From: an uncultured Pseudomonadota bacterium
GTDB lineage: Bacteria > Oederibacteriota > Muellerivitia > Muellerivitales > Muellerivitaceae
Assembly (NCBI GenBank): GCA_963770835.1
Contig: CAVYRH010000026.1
Coordinates: 480,001 to 544,000, forward strand
Direction of reading: 5' to 3'
DNA: 64,000 nt
Every line of letters begins with the position of its first letter. Within the stretch, counting starts at the first letter, position 1. Made by a program: the position numbers and the translations under genes. Under the pieces are notes generated by a model. It was not told the DNA's origin and searched no databases. It saw only the letters and a program-made list of their open reading frames with translations. This document shows positions 19,540-29,292 of the stretch, piece by piece.

Positions 19540-19617
19540 ACAGTTGGCAGGTGACAGTTGGCAGTCGGCAGCCTAAAGATTTTACTGCGAACTGCGGACT
19601 GTCGACTGCGGACTGCT
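19540..19617. repeat. Inverted heptamer tandem repeats
   Basis: cagttgg caggtga cagttgg cagtcgg cagc ... actgcga actgcgg actgtcg actgcgg actgc. Confidence 0.75.
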
Positions 19618-19625
19618 TTGGGAGG

Positions 19626-20723
19626 ATGCCCCTGGACGCCAACTGGATCTTATTCATCGTCACTTTCGCCCTTTCCCTGGGGTTGACACCCCTCTTCCGT
19701 AAAATCGCCCTCCGTTCCAACTACATGGATAGCCCCGTTGGCCAGTTAAAAAAACACACGGCTCCGGTGCCTTACCTGGGCGGGCTGGCCATTTATTTTT
19801 CCTTCCTCCTGGGAATCCTGGGAGTCCTTATCCTAGCCCAGCCCTCCGATTCACCCCGGGCCCTGGCCATCCTCGCCGGGGGGACCGTGGTGGCCCTGAT
19901 GGGCCTAGCGGACGACCTTTTTTCACTGGGCCCGGCGGTCAAGTTCCTCTTTGAAATCCTAGCCGCCGTTCTCTTGATCCTCTTCGGCGTGCAGTTGGAG
20001 TTTCTACCCAGCCACCCCGTCCTGGGCTGGCTTTTGACGGTCCTTTGGGTGGTGGGAGTGACCAACGCGGTCAACCTCATCGACATCATGGACGGCCTGG
20101 CGGGCGGTGTTTCGGTGATCGCCTGCCTGGGTTTCGTGCTCGTGCCCTTCCTGGGGGCCCAAAGCTACGTCCACCTGACAGCGGCCGCACTAGGGGGCAG
20201 CGTCCTGGGCTTCCTGCCCTATAACTACCAGCCCGCCCGGATCTACATGGGTGACTCAGGGGCGCTTTTCCTGGGTTTCGTGCTGGCGGCCATTGCCATG
20301 GGACACGGCTATACCCAGGTGAACATCGTAGGCCTTTGCGCGCCGCTGTTGATCCTCGGCATACCCCTTTACGACACGGTCCTGGTAATGGTACTGCGGT
20401 TTCTTAAGGGCCGGTCGATGTTCCGGGGTTCCAACGACCACCTGGCTTTGCGGTTGCGCGCCCTAGGTTTGACGGTGAAGCAGGTCGTCGGCCTGCTTTG
20501 GGCCCTTTCGGCCATCCTGGCGGCCTCGGCCGGGTTCCTGGTGCGGCTCTCGGAGAAGCGGGCCCTGGTCTTGATGGTGTTTTTTTCCTTCGTCGTGCTT
20601 TTGTTCACGGTGGTCGTTTCCAGCATCCGCATTGACGAGGGCCCGAAGAGAATTAAAGAAAATCCCTTCCGCGTTTTCCTGGAAAAGGCGCCTAAAACCC
20701 GACGCCGGGCGAGGCGGAAATGA
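19626..20723 (+). CDS. MraY/WecA-like undecaprenyl-phosphate GlcNAc-1-P transferase (GT4 family)
   Basis: PYLGGLAI, GLADD, NAVNLIDIMDGLAGG, YMGDSGA motifs; GGAGG RBS. Confidence 0.92.
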   Translation: MPLDANWILFIVTFALSLGLTPLFRKIALRSNYMDSPVGQLKKHTAPVPYLGGLAIYFSFLLGILGVLILAQPSDSPRALAILAGGTVVALMGLADDLFSLGPAVKFLFEILAAVLLILFGVQLEFLPSHPVLGWLLTVLWVVGVTNAVNLIDIMDGLAGGVSVIACLGFVLVPFLGAQSYVHLTAAALGGSVLGFLPYNYQPARIYMGDSGALFLGFVLAAIAMGHGYTQVNIVGLCAPLLILGIPLYDTVLVMVLRFLKGRSMFRGSNDHLALRLRALGLTVKQVVGLLWALSAILAASAGFLVRLSEKRALVLMVFFSFVVLLFTVVVSSIRIDEGPKRIKENPFRVFLEKAPKTRRRARRK

Positions 20724-22033
20724 AAGTCGAAACCCTGATCGCCGGGGGCGGGCTTGCCGGGCTTTCCTGCGCCCGCGAACTTCATCGGGCTTCCCGTCAT
20801 TATCTTTTGGTGGAAAGGGAAAAGGAAACGGGCGGCTTATGCCGCACGGTTTTCGACCGGGGCTTCACCTTCGATTACACCGGTCATTTCCTCCATTTTC
20901 AAAAAAATGAAATAAAGAAATGGGTTCTGGACCTGGTGGGGAATGAATTAAAAACCCGCACCCGCCACGCGGTTATCTACAGCCGGGGCAGTTACAGCGA
21001 ATATCCCTATCAGGAAAACAACGCGGGACTTCCTTCAGACGTAGTGCGGGAGAACGTGCTGGGCTACCTGGAAGCCGTCCTTCACCGCCGTTTCATGGGT
21101 GTGGAACCCTCAAAGGCTCCTGACTTTAAAACCTGGTGCCTCCAGGCTTTTGGGCCAGGCCTTTCCCGCCATTTCATGTTTCCCTATAACGAAAAACTCT
21201 GGAAGGTTCCGCTTTCCAAACTCACCACCCATTGGATGGGGCGGTTTGTACCGTCGCCCCGCGTTTTGCAGGTGTTGAAGGGGGCCTTCACCCGGCAGTC
21301 CTCCGCATCGGGATATAACGCCACCTTTTTATACCCGGACCAAGGGGGCATTTCCATCCTGCCCCGGGCCATCGCGCAAAACCTGCCCAACCTTTGGAGG
21401 GGCGTGGGCCTGAAAAAGCTGGACCTCGTCCAGCGCAAAGCCATCCTCACCTCGGGGTTGGAAGTTCGGTTTGACCGGCTGGTGTCCAGCCTTCCGCTCC
21501 ACCGGTTGGCAGCCCTCACTGTAGGGATGCCGCTGTCCCTGGCCAAGTCCGCCCGGAAGCTTCGGGCGACCTCCATCTACAACATCAACCTGGGCATCCG
21601 CGGCAAACAGCCAGTTCCCTACAGTTGGGTTTATTTTCCCGAAAGGGAGGTTGGGTTCCACCGGGCGGGTTCGGTGTCCGCCTGCGTTCCCACCGTCGTC
21701 CCCCAGGGCCACGCCTCGATTTACGTAGAGTTCTCCTATCGGGGAACAAAACCCGATGCCGGGAAGCTGGGGAAACACGCCGTTAGGAAATTAAAGGAAT
21801 TAGGCTGGATCAAGGGCGAAAACCAAATCGTGACACGGGTGGACCTGAACTTGCCCGGAGCCTACGTGATTTACGACGCCAAAAGGGATGAAACGGTGGA
21901 GGGCCTTCTTTCCTATTTCCGCAAAAACCAGGTCCATTCCGTGGGCCGCTACGGGAGATGGGAGTATGGGAGCATGGAGTCGGCCATTGAGCAAGGCCTC
22001 CAAGCCGCCCATGAAATCCTAGGGAACCATTGA
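20720..22033 (+). CDS. FAD-dependent oxidoreductase (protoporphyrinogen oxidase / UDP-galactopyranose mutase-like)
   Basis: GGGLAGLS, GGLCRT, FDYTGH, PYNEKLW, FLYPDQGG, GRYGRWEY motifs. Confidence 0.8.
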   Translation: MKVETLIAGGGLAGLSCARELHRASRHYLLVEREKETGGLCRTVFDRGFTFDYTGHFLHFQKNEIKKWVLDLVGNELKTRTRHAVIYSRGSYSEYPYQENNAGLPSDVVRENVLGYLEAVLHRRFMGVEPSKAPDFKTWCLQAFGPGLSRHFMFPYNEKLWKVPLSKLTTHWMGRFVPSPRVLQVLKGAFTRQSSASGYNATFLYPDQGGISILPRAIAQNLPNLWRGVGLKKLDLVQRKAILTSGLEVRFDRLVSSLPLHRLAALTVGMPLSLAKSARKLRATSIYNINLGIRGKQPVPYSWVYFPEREVGFHRAGSVSACVPTVVPQGHASIYVEFSYRGTKPDAGKLGKHAVRKLKELGWIKGENQIVTRVDLNLPGAYVIYDAKRDETVEGLLSYFRKNQVHSVGRYGRWEYGSMESAIEQGLQAAHEILGNH

Positions 22034-22116
22034 AAGCAGGGCCCCATTCCCGAAGAAAAGGGAAGCCTTCGGAAGGCATGCTATAATCACCGGCAACTTA
22101 TTCTCAACGAGGCAAT

Positions 22117-22569
22117 ATGGCTCCTCCTTTAGATCTTGAAACCCTCAAGCCGCTGCCGCTCTTTAAAGACCTCACTTCCTCCGAACTCGCCAACATCGCC
22201 ACGCTTTTTTTCGAGAAATCCTACATGCAAAACGCGACCCTGTTCGTGGAGGGCATGACGGGCGAAATCCTTTACATCATTAAGAAGGGGACGGTCCATA
22301 TCACCAAGAAGGGTTCCAACAACCAGGACATCGTCCTGGCCACACTGAAGGAAGGTGAATTCCTGGGGGAAATGTCCCTCATCGACAACCGGCCCCGGAC
22401 CGCCACCGCCAAGGTGGCGGAGGAATCCCTGCTTTTGGTCATGACCAAGAAGGCTTTCACCACCCTTTTGGAGAAACATCCGGATATTGCCTTGAAAATC
22501 CTATTGGTCTTCTTGAAAATAGCCAACGAGCGCCTGAGGAAGGCCAACGAGTCCATCAAACAGGTCTGA
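22117..22569 (+). CDS. Stand-alone cyclic nucleotide-binding domain protein
   Basis: LYIIKKGTV, GEFLGEMSLIDNRPRTATA; no HTH domain. Confidence 0.9.
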   Translation: MAPPLDLETLKPLPLFKDLTSSELANIATLFFEKSYMQNATLFVEGMTGEILYIIKKGTVHITKKGSNNQDIVLATLKEGEFLGEMSLIDNRPRTATAKVAEESLLLVMTKKAFTTLLEKHPDIALKILLVFLKIANERLRKANESIKQV

Positions 22570-22676
22570 CGCGTCTAATATCAGCGGCGAAATCCCGGGA
22601 AGCCCCGGGCTGGGCTTTATTATTGCGAAACGGTTTTGATCGCCTCAGGATTAAATACTCAAAACGGACTGTCTCC

Positions 22677-24425
22677 ATGAAAAAGAAACTTCATCTCTTG
22701 ACCGCGCTTTTTTTGGGCGCGGGGCTCTGGCTTTTTTCCTTCAGCTTCCTCAAGGCGGAGATCGACGGGGAGGAATTGTCCGTTGACCCGCGATCTTACT
22801 GGTACTACGCCTGCGCCTTGTACGCCCAGCGTGTAGGCGACCCGAGCCAAGCCCTTTCCGATTTCCAACAGGCGGCCCGTTACGACCCCAAATCCTCCGC
22901 CATCCATGACCGCCTGGCCTACCATTACTACATGGAGGGATTGGAATACAAAAGCGTAGAAGAACTCCAGAAATCCATCGACTTGAAGCCGAACAACACC
23001 GATACCCGGAAGATGTTGGCCCAGCTTTTCGCCAACCAGGGAGAGTACGGCAAGGCCCAAAAGGAATACCAGGAAGTCCTCCAGATCGACCCCAAGGACC
23101 TCGAGGCGCGCTATTACCTGGCGGGAGTTCTGGCCAGCCAGAACCACGTCGACGACGCCTTACAACAGTATGATGTCATCCTCCAGGACAACCCCAAGGC
23201 CGCCGGCGTTTACTACAACATGGGGTTGATTTACACCCGCGCCAACCAGGCCACCAAGGCGGAAGAATCCTTCAAGAAGGCCATCGAATTGGATCCCGAA
23301 ATGGAGGCCGCTTATACCTCCCTTGGCCTGATTTACGAGCTGGACCAAAAACCCAAGGACGCCATCGACGCCTACCAATCCCTCTTGAAGGTGAACCCGG
23401 ACAATGCCCAGGTTTACCTGGCAATGGGCGAGCTTTACTACAACAACAAGGAAGACCAAAAGGCCCTGGACGCCTTCCAAAATTATTCCCGGTTGAAACC
23501 CGACGACTCGACGGTGGATGACTATATCGGCCTGTGCTATTTCCGCCTGGAGCAGTTCCCCAAGGCCATCGCCAGCTTCCAGAAACTCCTGGACAGTGAG
23601 CCGGCTAACGCGCTGGTGCGCTTCCGCCTGGCGGCGGCCTACGAGGAGATGAAGGATTACGACTCGGCGGAGGAACAACTGGCGGCCGTCCTCAAGAACG
23701 ACGACAAATCCGTAGACGCCTGGGTCCGGCTGGTCCTGCTTTATGACAAGCAGAAAGACATGGTGAACGCCCAAAAGACCGTTACGGACGGGCTCAAGGC
23801 CCTGCCCGACCATCCCGACCTCCTCCTGATCCAGGCCATGCTGTACCAGGAGCAGGAAAATCCCGATAAGGCCGGCCCCCTTTACCTCGAAGTCATCGGC
23901 ATCGAAATGGTCTACAAGCACAAGCAGGCCCCCGAATATAACGTGGGCACCCTGAGCCAGGCCCATTTCAACCTGGGGGCGCTCCTGGACAAAAAAGGCA
24001 AGTTCAACGAGGCCATCGACGAGATGAAAAAAGTCATCGAAGTCCAGCCCGACAACGCCGACGCCTACAATTACATCGGCTATTCCTACGCCGACAAGGG
24101 CATCCAGCTGGACGACGCCCAACGATACGTACAAAACGCCGTCAAATTGGACCCCGGAAACTCCTATTACCTGGACAGCCTGGGCTGGGTTTACTTCAAG
24201 CAGGGAAAATTCAAGGATGCCCAAGAGCAATTGGAAAAGGCCATCGCCAACCTCAAGACCGCGCTCAAGGACGACGCGGTGATTTATGACCATCTGGCCC
24301 AAACGCTGATGAAGCTGGGACAAAAGGACGAGGCCGTTGCCCAATGGAAGAAGGCCTTGAAACTGGACCCCGACAACAAGGATTATTCGGCAAATATCGA
24401 GAAGAACTCCTCCTCCGACTTGTGA
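22677..24425 (+). CDS. Exported multi-TPR protein
   Basis: Signal peptide, about 14 TPRs, NYIGYSYAD...YYLDSLGWVYF C-terminal motif. Confidence 0.9.
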   Translation: MKKKLHLLTALFLGAGLWLFSFSFLKAEIDGEELSVDPRSYWYYACALYAQRVGDPSQALSDFQQAARYDPKSSAIHDRLAYHYYMEGLEYKSVEELQKSIDLKPNNTDTRKMLAQLFANQGEYGKAQKEYQEVLQIDPKDLEARYYLAGVLASQNHVDDALQQYDVILQDNPKAAGVYYNMGLIYTRANQATKAEESFKKAIELDPEMEAAYTSLGLIYELDQKPKDAIDAYQSLLKVNPDNAQVYLAMGELYYNNKEDQKALDAFQNYSRLKPDDSTVDDYIGLCYFRLEQFPKAIASFQKLLDSEPANALVRFRLAAAYEEMKDYDSAEEQLAAVLKNDDKSVDAWVRLVLLYDKQKDMVNAQKTVTDGLKALPDHPDLLLIQAMLYQEQENPDKAGPLYLEVIGIEMVYKHKQAPEYNVGTLSQAHFNLGALLDKKGKFNEAIDEMKKVIEVQPDNADAYNYIGYSYADKGIQLDDAQRYVQNAVKLDPGNSYYLDSLGWVYFKQGKFKDAQEQLEKAIANLKTALKDDAVIYDHLAQTLMKLGQKDEAVAQWKKALKLDPDNKDYSANIEKNSSSDL

Positions 24426-25312
24426 TTTCCCAGGTTACCCTCCGCACCCCCGCGAAGATTAATCCCGTCTTAGAAGTCCTAGGCAGGCGCCCGGACGGCT
24501 ACCACGAGCTAGCCTTGGTCTTCCAGGCTATCGGCCTTTTTGATGAACTGGAGTTTGTCCGTGGTGGAAACGGGTTACGGGTGGAAATCCTGGAATCCCC
24601 TTCGCCCCTGGCCGTGGATGATTCCAACCTGGTGGTGAAAGCCGCCCAGCTTTTCCTCAAGGAAGTCCTGAAAGGGGGGGCGGATATCCTGATCCGCCTG
24701 CGGAAAAAGATTCCCCTGGCGGCGGGTTTGGGCGGGGGTTCCAGCGACGCGGCGGCGACGATCATAGGTTTGAACCTGGTTTTCAATGCCATGACATCTC
24801 CCGAAGCCTTGGAATCCCTGGCCGCCCAATTGGGCTCTGACGTGCCTTTCTTTTTAACCGGCGGCATCGCCCTAGGAACGGGCCGGGGGGAAGTCATTAC
24901 CCCCTGGGGGGCGGCACCTAAAATGCCGCTGGTGCTGGTCAAGCCCAGCCAAGGTCTCTCCACTCCGGCCGTGTACCAGTCTGGGAAAGCGGTTTTCAGT
25001 TCCGGGAAAAAGACGGGCGAGTACCAGGTTCTCTTGCGTGAAAAAAAATTGCCTAAAATCGCAGGTTCTTTGTTTAATAGCCTCCAGCCGGCCGCCTTTT
25101 ATTTGATGCCCGAAGTGGAAGCCCTTCAAAAGCAGCTGGTTCAGGCGGGAGCCTTGGGAGCCCTAGTCTCCGGCAGCGGGCCCACGGTTTTCGGCATCGC
25201 CGAAAACAAGGCGGCCGCGGAAAAGATCGCCGTTCAAATGGAAAGTGAAGGCCGCACGGTCTTGGTCACCCAAACTATTGGAACTGGTATTCAGGTAATG
25301 GAAAAGAAATGA
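24422..25312 (+). CDS. ispE: 4-diphosphocytidyl-2-C-methyl-D-erythritol kinase
   Basis: PAKIN, RPDGYHEL, KKIPLAAGLGGGSSDAA, LGSDVPFF, SGSGPTVF; GTG start overlaps the upstream TGA. Confidence 0.96.
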   Translation: MISQVTLRTPAKINPVLEVLGRRPDGYHELALVFQAIGLFDELEFVRGGNGLRVEILESPSPLAVDDSNLVVKAAQLFLKEVLKGGADILIRLRKKIPLAAGLGGGSSDAAATIIGLNLVFNAMTSPEALESLAAQLGSDVPFFLTGGIALGTGRGEVITPWGAAPKMPLVLVKPSQGLSTPAVYQSGKAVFSSGKKTGEYQVLLREKKLPKIAGSLFNSLQPAAFYLMPEVEALQKQLVQAGALGALVSGSGPTVFGIAENKAAAEKIAVQMESEGRTVLVTQTIGTGIQVMEKK

Positions 25313-26331
25313 ACCAAAACGGTTTAAAGAAAAAAAACCATATCATCCTCAAGATCCTCTCGGCGGTTCTAGTTGTCCTTTTGGGGGCCGGCCTATACTT
25401 CATCTATAACGTCCTGCCCGAAAAAGTGGCCGAGGGCATCATGGCTAAGGCCCAGGTCCGCCAACCCTTGACCGAGACACCGAAGGATTACGGAATTACA
25501 AACTACCAGGATATCACCTTTACCACCTCGGATGGGGTGACCCTTTCAGGCTGGTGGCTGCCGGTGCAAGCCTCTAAAAAGCCGCTAGGGACCATTCTTC
25601 TCACCCACGGGGTTTTCAAAAACCGCCAGCAGGTCCTAGGCCGGGCGGTGTTCCTATCGAAGTTGGGCTACCAGGTGCTCCTTTTCGACCTGAGGGGAAA
25701 CGGTTTGAGCGGGCCAAGCCCGGTTTCGGGAGGCCTTTTGGAGGCCAATGATTTCCTGGCAGCCGAGCAGTTCCTGGAAGGAAAACATGAATTGAAAAAG
25801 CCAGTGGTCTTCTTTGGCTTTTCCCTGGGAGCCATCACAGCCCTGCGGGCGGCGGCCAAGGCAACCCTCATCGACGCGGTCATCGCCGACAGCCCCCTGG
25901 CCAATATCAAATCCTACGTTTCCCGCCGAACCATCGGGGGCGCTTTTACCTCCCTGCCGGGGTTCCTTTCCCAATGCCTGAAGGATTACGACCGGCTGAC
26001 CGGTCTTACCCTTACCGAAAAGGACCTGGATCTGATGCCTGTGGTGGAACAGTTGGGTGAAACCCCCGTGCTATACATCACGGGGGAGGGCGACGACCTG
26101 GCCAAGTCCAACGAAGTCCAGCAGCTTTTCCAACACACTTCGGCCCATCACCGCAGACTGGCTTACATGCCCGACTCGGGGCATGAGGAGACTTACAAGA
26201 AATACCCGATGATTTATGAGAAATTAGTGGCGGGGTTTTTAACGGATTTGCGGAACGGATTTCCCAAACCGGAGGAATGGTCGGGGGGAAAGCCGGTGCC
26301 GACGGCGGGTGTTTCGCAGGCCCACCCTTAA
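25309..26331 (+). CDS. Membrane-anchored alpha/beta hydrolase
   Basis: N-terminal TM, DGVTLSGWW, FDLRGNGLS, GFSLG nucleophile elbow, catalytic Asp and His candidates. Confidence 0.88.
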   Translation: MNQNGLKKKNHIILKILSAVLVVLLGAGLYFIYNVLPEKVAEGIMAKAQVRQPLTETPKDYGITNYQDITFTTSDGVTLSGWWLPVQASKKPLGTILLTHGVFKNRQQVLGRAVFLSKLGYQVLLFDLRGNGLSGPSPVSGGLLEANDFLAAEQFLEGKHELKKPVVFFGFSLGAITALRAAAKATLIDAVIADSPLANIKSYVSRRTIGGAFTSLPGFLSQCLKDYDRLTGLTLTEKDLDLMPVVEQLGETPVLYITGEGDDLAKSNEVQQLFQHTSAHHRRLAYMPDSGHEETYKKYPMIYEKLVAGFLTDLRNGFPKPEEWSGGKPVPTAGVSQAHP

Positions 26332-26332
26332 A

Positions 26333-26527
26333 TCAAACGGCGGGCGTATTTCCTAGGCCGGTCAACAGGCCCTTCACGCGGGCCGCTTCCTCGGGCTTCA
26401 GGTTGACCTTATTTCCATCCAAAAGCACCAATTCATGCACGTTCTTAGCATCCCTCAATAAGATGATGTTGGCGGTATTAAGGGTGTATTCCACCCCCAC
26501 CGCGTCTGTCACACTCAAAAAAGACAT
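26333..26527 (-). CDS. Small hypothetical protein
   Basis: 64-aa ORF with AAGGAGG RBS, directly downstream of the beta-barrel gene. Confidence 0.65.
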   Translation of the reverse strand: MSFLSVTDAVGVEYTLNTANIILLRDAKNVHELVLLDGNKVNLKPEEAARVKGLLTGLGNTPAV

Positions 26528-26548
26528 CGATTCCTCCTTGTTCGAACC

Positions 26549-28138
26549 CTAAAAAGTATAGCTGAAATCCGCGTTAAAACGGAAACCGCTCAAATCGATT
26601 GTGAAGGGCATGCTGTTGTTGATCGTAGTTGGAGTCTCGTTAAAGGCTGAAAGCTGGTTTTGATTGTCCGGGATGTAAATGATGTAGTTTTGGCCCGCCG
26701 TAGGGTACTTGTACATGTGAAGGGAACCGTGGCCGTCAGCGTTGGAAAAATAAGCGTCATTTAAGTTCCCTTGAAAATTGGAAGCCGAAGCCCATTGGTA
26801 GCTACCAGACAGGGAAAAAAAGGAGTTGGGGCCCGTATAGAACGACAGTCCCAACTTCAGGCCGCCTTCCAGGGCCATATCGCTGTAATCCGCCGAAGTC
26901 TGGTCCGAGGACGGGGTTGCGCCCACCCCCGCATAATTATAGGCAAAATGAAGGTAGATTGGCTGCAAACCCGCGAAAGGTTCGACGTACAAGCGGACGT
27001 CCTTCGGGGAGGAGGAGGGGAGGTAAAACCTGCCTTTTAGAAGGAGCTCCAGGGTGTTGATATCCCATTCCGTGTGGATGTGATATTGGGGGATCGCCCC
27101 GGCGGTGACGTCGTACTCGACGGTTGCGGTGGGCCAATAAACGAAGGCTAGGCCCAATTCGATATTCGGGTCGATTTTCAAATAGGGGTTTAATTCCAAG
27201 GTCGGATTGACCGAGGGAAGGGCGGTTTGGAGGTTGATGCCGTCATTGGGGTAGGCCGCCTGGAGGCCCGATACAAGGTATTGGTGGAACGACAGGTCTT
27301 GTTGGAAATCGGCGAGGTTGAAAAAAGCCAAACCGGCGGAAAGCCGGAATCCGAACCTGGAGCGGCTTTCCGGGGCCGAGGCCGCCGGGATGGAGGCGAG
27401 GGTGTAGGCTTCCTGTATTTTCCAAGCCGCCAATTGGTCGTTCACCCATTTTCGGTCTTCCCGGGAAAGATCCTCCATCTTCTTGTCCGCATAGGCCTTT
27501 AATTCGGGATAGGATGCCAACCGATCCGAAATGTAGAAATGCAGGACCGTGTCCCTGGTGTCCCCCATCGCTTTTTCGCATCTCCCCAGGTAGTAATAGG
27601 CCTTTGCGCTGGAAGGGTCCTCCTGGATGGCCTTTTGGAGGAGGGACAGTGCGGTAGAGTAGTCCCCAGCCTCAAAAAAGGTGATCCCTTGTGAGAGGTG
27701 GCCCGTGGAGGCGGCCGATGCGGCTGTTGAAGCCGGTGCGGGGGACGCCGCCGGAGTCGGGGAGGCGGGGTTAGAAAAAGCGTCCAAATGTTTCTCCACC
27801 CAGTCTTGGTCCTCGGGGGAGAGCTTGTCCATCAGCTTGTCCGCATAGGCCTTCATTCCCGGGTCCGGCGACAGTTTATTGGAAATGTAATAGTTCAGCA
27901 CTTCGCCCCGCAGGTACCCAACCGTTTCCTGGCAGCTTCCCAGGTAGTAATAGGCCATGGCATTTCCGGGATCGTCCTGAATTATTTGTTGGAAGAGGGG
28001 CAGGGCGGCCCGGAAGTTATTGGCCTGGAAAAGGGAAACGGCCTGAGAATAATCGGCGCTTGGGGCCGAATAAACGGCCTGCGCCTGCAATAGTAACGCT
28101 GATAAAAACATCCAAAACCAAATCCGACCCAGCTTCAT
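26549..28138 (-). CDS. Exported protein with duplicated TPR module and C-terminal beta-barrel-like domain
   Basis: Signal peptide, two homologous ~90-aa TPR modules, amphipathic beta-strands, ends in FSYTF. Confidence 0.7.
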   Translation of the reverse strand: MKLGRIWFWMFLSALLLQAQAVYSAPSADYSQAVSLFQANNFRAALPLFQQIIQDDPGNAMAYYYLGSCQETVGYLRGEVLNYYISNKLSPDPGMKAYADKLMDKLSPEDQDWVEKHLDAFSNPASPTPAASPAPASTAASAASTGHLSQGITFFEAGDYSTALSLLQKAIQEDPSSAKAYYYLGRCEKAMGDTRDTVLHFYISDRLASYPELKAYADKKMEDLSREDRKWVNDQLAAWKIQEAYTLASIPAASAPESRSRFGFRLSAGLAFFNLADFQQDLSFHQYLVSGLQAAYPNDGINLQTALPSVNPTLELNPYLKIDPNIELGLAFVYWPTATVEYDVTAGAIPQYHIHTEWDINTLELLLKGRFYLPSSSPKDVRLYVEPFAGLQPIYLHFAYNYAGVGATPSSDQTSADYSDMALEGGLKLGLSFYTGPNSFFSLSGSYQWASASNFQGNLNDAYFSNADGHGSLHMYKYPTAGQNYIIYIPDNQNQLSAFNETPTTINNSMPFTIDLSGFRFNADFSYTF

Positions 28139-28188
28139 AAAGAATCCTTTAGAATATTTTTTGAGACTGATAACCGGCCACTATCCTA

Positions 28189-29208
28189 TCATCCACCCAA
28201 TAATTCGTTCACCTTTTCCATCACCTTGAAGGCATCGGCTACGTAAAGCACGTCGGCCTTACCCTGGGCCCAGCCGCAATTCGGGTTCAAGTTGACCGCA
28301 CGGCGCTCGTTCACGAAGCGCCATCCCACGGTGTGTGGTTCCTCGCCGTGGCAGCAGGTGGAAAGTCCCTTGGCGTGCCGGGGCGTGGAACCGGTCTGGC
28401 CCACCTGGTTTAAGTGGCTCATGAAGGATAGCACTGCGCCCTCGCCGGTTTGGTCCACCACCGATTTGCTGCCGCCCAGGGACGATTGGGTTTTTTCCAG
28501 GAAGCCCAGGATCAGTTTCTCGGCCTCACCCACGTGCAGCTGGCCGTCCGTTTGCTTCTTGCACCAACCCGCTCCGGCCACCAAGAGGACTTCGGCGTCC
28601 GGGCGGATGGTTTGGGCGCCGGAAGAAGGAGATCTTTCGCCTGTGACTTTGGTTTTGGTTTCGGGAATGGTAACCTGGATCTTTTCCGCCGCCAGGGATC
28701 CCGAACCCGAAAGAGCCGGGTGGATACCGGGGTCCACGGTCATAAACCAGGGCCTTTGGGCGCGCTTCAACTGTCCCGACATGCGCTGGCGATAGAACCA
28801 GCGGGTTACCAGGGGCGCGCCGTTTTCGACACCGAGGGTTGTCAAATGGGTGTCTACCTTGCCGCCGCAACGCTGGGCCACGCCCGATATCACGCGCTGG
28901 AGGCGGGAGGTGGCGGGAGCTACCACGATCGTGGCCCCGGAAGCCTTAACAAGGGCCTCGCAGGCGGCCGCGTCCGTGGCGTAACAGGCTTGGGAAAGGG
29001 AATCCGATTCCACGGCCAAGGCCTTTTCGAAGCCAGCGCCCGCCAGCTGGCCGGAAGCCTGGGAGGCCTTCACCCCGAAAAGCCCGGCCAGCAACTTGGC
29101 GCCGCCCAGGGCCGAAGCCAGGTCCTTGGCCGCCGTGGCGGCCTCCAGGGCCGGCTTGCCCAGTTTTCCATCCGAATCGGTTGCCGCGAGCAAAAGAATC
29201 ATTTCCAT
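28189..29208 (-). CDS. etfA: Electron transfer flavoprotein alpha subunit (divergent)
   Basis: QVGQTG motif, ADVLYVADA C-terminus, operon context. Confidence 0.85.
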   Translation of the reverse strand: MEMILLLAATDSDGKLGKPALEAATAAKDLASALGGAKLLAGLFGVKASQASGQLAGAGFEKALAVESDSLSQACYATDAAACEALVKASGATIVVAPATSRLQRVISGVAQRCGGKVDTHLTTLGVENGAPLVTRWFYRQRMSGQLKRAQRPWFMTVDPGIHPALSGSGSLAAEKIQVTIPETKTKVTGERSPSSGAQTIRPDAEVLLVAGAGWCKKQTDGQLHVGEAEKLILGFLEKTQSSLGGSKSVVDQTGEGAVLSFMSHLNQVGQTGSTPRHAKGLSTCCHGEEPHTVGWRFVNERRAVNLNPNCGWAQGKADVLYVADAFKVMEKVNELLGG

Positions 29209-29292
29209 TTTCTTTTCCTTAAACGAGAAGAATTATTTAAACATTAATCTTTATCCGGCGGTGCCCCGTGTAACTCTTGGGTTAAATCGACT

